Of a DNA stretch of 64,000 nucleotides, positions 58,983-64,000 are shown piece after piece. The notes under the pieces are model-generated. The model did no database searches. It was not told the origin of the DNA and was given only the letters and a program-made list of their open reading frames with translations. The position numbers and the translations under genes are program-made. Location of the stretch: positions 4,030,001-4,094,000 of the forward strand of contig JBHGNT010000015.1 of assembly GCA_043228905.1 (NCBI GenBank), given 5' to 3'. Every line of letters starts with the position of its first letter. Position 1 is the first letter of the stretch. Source of the stretch: Azolla caroliniana. Taxonomy: Eukaryota > Plantae > Polypodiophyta.

Positions 58983-59745
58983 TGTAGATGGCGTAATGTA
59001 AAAATTGAGGATTTTGAGGCATAATGTTCACCATCACTTCATATTATATTTGTATATGAGAACATCTGTAATTGTTTATCGTTTAATTAAATTCACATGT
59101 TCATAATTTCCCTTTTTAATCATTATTGGAACCGTAGTTTGTATTTACATATAATTGGTCACCATGCTCTTCTTCAGTTTGAGATATTAACATGATATTG
59201 TAATTTCTCATTTCCGTTAGCATGATTGTATATGAAAAGGCGAATGTTTTTTATAATAAGAGGTTTTTAGTTACCTACGGTTCAAGTCTACTGGTTCCAC
59301 ATAGTATAAATGAATGTCGTACGTAGTTGTTACTCTTACCAATTACATTGTCATGAACTATATGACATTATACAATGAAACTATCGATATACCCGTCCAA
59401 CAAGTGGGGTACTACTTTATTCCTAAACCCAAAACCACATATTTATAATTACGGTTTATGTAGTTTTACTCTATAATTTGAATATGGATACCAATTTTAG
59501 AACTTTATATTGAACCAAGTCTTCAATTGTGCTCCATGATATGCAAATTGACACGAATATGGACACATATACAATTTAGTAATTGCTAGGTTTTTTTTGT
59601 TCTATATTTAACCATCAAGTCGCAAAAGGGGTACGCATGCATCGTATATTTTCGATATCGGGCTAAAATAGGGTACTTTTCTACATCTGGCCAACTATGC
59701 CAAAAGAGAATACGACATATTACCTGTTTCAAATGACCCGGTGTT

Positions 59746-60957
59746 AAAACCGCATTTCTGCACGAGGAGCTATAAGAAGAAATCTACATGTAGCAACCCG
59801 AAGGCTTTGAGGAGAAAGGAAAAGTGAATATGGTGTGTCAACTGACGAAAAGCTTGTACGAACTGAAACAAGCTCCATGCCAATGGTACAAGAAATTCGA
59901 GTCCTTCATGATGGAACATCGGTTCTAGAAAACATAGGCCGATCATTATGTGTTCGTCAAAAGGTACGAGGAAGGAGATTTCTTGATTCTCTTGTTATAT
60001 GTTGATGATATGTTGATAGTAGGTCAAGACGCAAGGAAGATTGGAAGCTTGAAGAAAGCTCTCGGCAAATCATTTGCCATGAAAGACCTTGGACCGGCAA
60101 AGCAAATCCTAGGAATGCACATAACCCAAGACAGATCTTGGAAGGTATTATGGTTGTCACAACAGAAGTATGTGACGAAGATCCTAGAGAGGTTCAACAT
60201 GTCGAACGCAAAGTCGGTCGGCTTTGTGTTGCCGACAAACTGCAGATTGAATGCAAAGTAGTGTCCAAAAGGGCAGAAGGAGAAGGCTGAGATGAAGAAG
60301 GTACCATATGCCTCGACTGTCAGCAGTCTAATCTATGCTATGGTCTGTATGAGACCGGACATAGCATTTTTTGTGGGAGTAGTAAGCCGATATATGAGTA
60401 ATCCAAGGAGACAACACTGGGCAGCGGTGAAATGGATACTCAGGTACTTGAAAGGCACCTCGGACGTGTGCCTAAGGTATGGTGTCGGAGAACCTGTACT
60501 GGAAGGTTTTACCGATTCGGACATGAGCCGATCCATGTCAGGGTACGTGATGACCTATGCAGGGGGAGCAGTGTCGTGGTAGTCACGATTGTAGAAGTCT
60601 GTAGCTTTATCCACTACAGAGGTAGAGTATATGGCAGCGGTAGAAGCTGGAAAAGTCCTGATTTGGATGATAAATTTTCTCACCGAACTAGGCATGAAGC
60701 AAAAAGAGTTCTTGCTTCAATGTGATAGCCAAAGCGCCATACACCTAGCCAAGAATGTGACATACCACTCTCGGACCAAGCACATACAAAGGAGGTATCA
60801 CTGGTTGCGGGAGAGAGTCGAAGAAGGAGAGTTTTCTCTCGAAAAGATCCATACTCACGACAATGGATCCGACATGCTGACGAAGAGCCTACCTATGGAT
60901 AGACTTAGAGTCTGTTGACAAAATACAGGACTGACAGATTTCCACCCACAAGAGTGA
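59746..60957 (+). pseudogene. copia-4 RT C-terminal part and RNase H
   Basis: Resumes at (K)TAFLH; LYVDDML, FTDSD, CDSQSAIHLAKN. Confidence 0.9.
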
Positions 60958-60967
60958 AGGGGGAGTT

Positions 60968-61567
60968 TGTTGGGAATATGTCCCTCTAGTGGGAGGATGA
61001 CCCGACTATTTTGAAAGACGACAGTCGAAGAGTCGGAAAACAGGAGCCGAGTTGATGAGAAACCAGAATTGTGTAAATAGCCAACTCGGGAGACAATATT
61101 TGTAAATAGTCTTAGTGTGCGCCCCATGAGGGCTATGTATGTAAATAACCAGAAAGTTGCGTAATTATATATGCAACTAGGGCAAACATGTTGTGTTGAA
61201 ATGTAGGAACAGAAGTAGTCGAAAACTCTGTGTAGAAGGTGTAGAGCGTGAGGGAGAGAGAGAGAGTGAGACAGAGAGTGTGTGTGTGAGCCGTGCCATA
61301 GCTGTGTGTGTAACAGCAGACGCGAAGAGCCCTGTGTGGCTGATACACTCTATCGGCAGAGTGTTGTAATCATCTTTGTTCTGTATATACACTGTCTATA
61401 GTGAAGATTTTGTTCTCCCGTGGTTTTTCCCGTTTCAAGGTTTCCACATAAATCTCTATGTACATCTGTCGTTTATCTTGTGTTTGTTATTTTTGGTATT
61501 TCTATGTGATTCGTATTTCAGCGCATTATTTGTCTATGGTGATTTATTCCGCGACGATTTCTCAACA
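60968..61567 (+). repeat. copia-4 3' LTR
   Basis: TGTTG..CAACA; visibly diverged from the 5' LTR. Confidence 0.93.
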
Positions 61568-61687
61568 CTAACAAGAATATTAACACCCTCCCGGACAATC
61601 ATATTATCTGAAGCTTACCATGAAGGAGATTGTTGTAGATATTGTTCACTAATGGCAACAATAACATTTTTCTTCAAAACCAATAAT

Positions 61688-61760
61688 CGCCGACCATGGG
61701 GCTCGAACCCATGACCACAAGGTTAAGAGCCTTGCGCTCTACCATCTGAACTAGGCCGGC
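61688..61760 (-). tRNA. tRNA-Lys(CUU), one D-stem substitution
   Basis: One change versus 12769-12841. Confidence 0.8.
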
Positions 61761-62430
61761 TCCATGTGCCGTTTTCACTAAGGTGTATTTACTAGAAGTG
61801 GAGCATATGTTTTACTTTCACAATAGGAGTAAGTGCGCTTCACACCACCGTTGAATTTAGTGTGTGACTTATTACAATTCGAACTATTTTTACGGGTATA
61901 GGGATTTGTGAATATTTAGTTAGAGGCAATTCCGACCTTCCATCGAAGGTACGGCGTCGCTTCCTACCTCCAACAAAGCACTTCTATTCATGTAAAGGTA
62001 ATTGAAAATTTTTCTTTGAAAAGAATATTACGCGGCTTGGCTTTCGTATGACCATATGAGCTCTATGTTTTGGTCAAGTACATTCATGTATCTTTCGTTG
62101 ATTCATACATAAAAAACGAATGGGTTTTTGACCATAGCGCTCGAGCCCATGATGACAAGACTTAGAGTGTTTTCCTCTACCATAAATATAAGTGGCCCAT
62201 GATGACAAGACTTAGAGCGTTTTCCTCTACCATAAATATAAGCGGGCTGGACACCACCTTTACTTAAATCAACCCCAGAACAATTGCATTCTTCCGTGTA
62301 TGCTAAGTCTCCTTTTCTCACATTAACTCCCTCGCGGAGCACCATATGATCTGAGGCTTGCCCGTAAGGAAGTTCTTGCAGATATGGTTCACTAATAGAA
62401 ACAATAACATTTTACTTCTAGACCAATGAT

Positions 62431-62503
62431 CGCCGACCATGGGGCTCGAACCCATGACCACAAGGTTAAGAGCCTTGCGCTCTACCATCTGAGCTAGGTC
62501 GGC
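62431..62503 (-). tRNA. tRNA-Lys(CUU), intact cloverleaf
   Basis: As above with a perfect acceptor stem GCCGACC/GGTCGGC. Confidence 0.9.
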
Positions 62504-63167
62504 TTCATGCACTTTTCACTATAATGGTGTATTGACTGGGAGTGGACCAAACGTTTTACTTCCACAATAGGAGTAAGTGCCCTACACACCACCATTGAAT
62601 TTAGTGTGCGACTCATTACAACTCGAACTATTTTCATGGGTATAGGGATTTGTGGAATTTTGAGTTAGAGGCTATTACGATTTTCCATTGAAGGTACGTC
62701 GCCCCTTCGTAACTCCGGCGAAACACTTCTAGTCATCTAAAGGTAACTGCTAAGTTTGGTCTGAAAAGAATATGAAACGGCTTGCGTACGACCATATGAG
62801 CTCGATGTTTTGGTCAAGTACATTCATGCATATTTCGTTGACTACTACAAAATAAAAAATGGTTACTGACGATAGGGCTCGAGCCCATGCTTAGCGAGTT
62901 TTCATCTACTGTAAAACTAACCCGGCTCGACGAGCTCTTTTCATAACTCAACCCCGGAATAACTGCGATCTTCTGTTGATGCTAAGGTGCTTTCTCTCAG
63001 AGTGATGACGCACTTGCAGTCATCTTCACTTGACCCAGCATTTTGTTCTCACAAAAATATTAACACACTCTCGGACAACCATATGATCTGAGGCTTGTCA
63101 TGAAGGAGTTTGTTGCAGATATTGTTCACTACTGTAAACAATAACAGTTTATGTTGACACCAATAAT

Positions 63168-63239
63168 CGCCGACCATGGGGCTCGAACCCATGACCACAA
63201 GGTTAAGAGCCTTGCGCTCTACCATCTGAGCTAGGTCGC
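63168..63239 (-). tRNA. tRNA-Lys(CUU)-like copy, 1-nt deletion in the acceptor stem
   Basis: Otherwise identical to consensus. Confidence 0.6.
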
Positions 63240-63911
63240 TCCATGTGCTTTTCACTAAGGTGTATTTATTGGGAGTGGACAAAACGTTTTACCTTCACAA
63301 TAGGAGTAAGTGCCCTACACACCACCATTGACTTTAGTGTGCGACTCATTAGAACTCAAACAATTTTCACGGGTATAGGGATTTGTGGAATTTTGAGTTA
63401 GAGGGTATTACGATTTTCCATTGAAGGTACATCGCCGCTTCGTAACTCCGACGAAGCACTTCTAGTCATCTAAAGGTAATTGATAATTTTGCTCTGAAAA
63501 GAATAGGAAGTGGCTTGCGAACGACCATATGAGCTCGATGTTTTGGTCAAGTACATTCATGCATATTTCGTTGACCGCTACAAAATAACAAATGGTTATT
63601 GACCATAGGGCTCGACCCCATGAGCACAAGGCTTAGCGCATTTTCCTCTACTATAAACCTAACCCGGCTCGACGAGCTCTTTCCATAACTCAACCCCAGA
63701 ATAATTGTGATTTTTCGTCAAATACTAAGGCGGCTTATCTCACATTGATGATGCAGATGGAGTTATCTAGACTCTACTCATAATTTTGTTTTAACAAGAA
63801 TATTAACACCCTCACAGACAACAATATGATGTTAGGTTTTTCCGTGAAGGAGTTTCCTGCAGATATTGTGCACAAATAGAAACAATAACATTTTACTTTG
63901 AGACCAATGAT

Positions 63912-63984
63912 CACCAACCATGGGGCTCAAACCCATGACCACAAGGTTAAGAGCCTTGCGCTCTATGATATGAGGTTGGCCAGC
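63912..63984 (-). pseudogene. tRNA-Lys(CUU) degenerate copy
   Basis: D arm degraded. Confidence 0.65.
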
Positions 63985-64000
63985 TCCACGTGCTTTTCAC

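Larger units (their letters stand above)
52068..59745. mobile_element. TIR DNA transposon, Sola1-like, carrying a ParB-DNA methyltransferase gene
   Basis: 37-bp TIRs AACACCGGGTCATTTG(G/A)AACAGGTAATATGTCG(C/T)ATT (52068-52104, 59709-59745); TSD AAAA; removing the element restores copia-4 DVKTAF. Confidence 0.92.
42945..61567 (+). mobile_element. Ty1/copia retrotransposon copia-4, old, hosting two nested insertions
   Basis: LTRs 42945-43540 and 60968-61567, TSD CTAAC, PBS TGGTATTAGAGC 43544-43555, PPT before 60968. Confidence 0.95.
61568..64000 (-). repeat. tRNA-Lys satellite, block 5 (runs off window)
   Basis: Continues block 4 in register across copia-4; tRNA copies at 61688, 62431, 63168, 63912. 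Confidence 0.95.

Noticed and set aside
52068-59745. CACTA/CMC, hAT or Mutator assignment, or bacterial contamination
   Set aside because: Ends are AACACC with a 4-bp TSD and the transposase motifs are Sola1-like; spliceosomal introns and a precise insertion in a plant copia rule out contamination
28262-61688. tRNA-targeted integration (Ty3-like) of the retroelements
   Set aside because: Insertion points fall at different monomer positions or inside other TEs, none at the tRNA start; too few events to support targeting

Overview
Eukaryotic, almost certainly land-plant, heterochromatin. Evidence for this: Ty1/copia and Ty3/gypsy elements with tRNA-iMet PBSs, a plant-type tRNA-Lys(CUU), GT-AG introns and CAG>TAG decay. 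No ordinary host protein gene was found. The backbone is a ~0.72-0.75 kb tandem array whose monomer carries a tRNA-Lys(CUU) gene plus a decayed paralogous copy (about 17 units, all on the minus strand). Nested insertions break this array: four copia elements (one intact and very young, 31235-36839), three chromodomain Ty3/gypsy elements (one intact, 45990-51651), two other degenerate gypsy elements and a Penelope-like RT fragment. The most striking object is a 7.7 kb TIR DNA transposon (52068-59745; 37-bp TIRs, 4-bp TSD). It has a Sola1-like transposase, and divergently from it a five-intron gene for a ParB-like domain fused to a bacterial-type beta-class N6A/N4C DNA methyltransferase. This copy is pseudogenised. 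The chromovirus LTRs additionally show antisense tRNA-like cassettes, heat-shock-element arrays and Tf1-type self-priming sites, and their gag-pol junctions carry a conserved -1 frameshift signal. All domain and family calls come from motif recognition by eye, not database searches.
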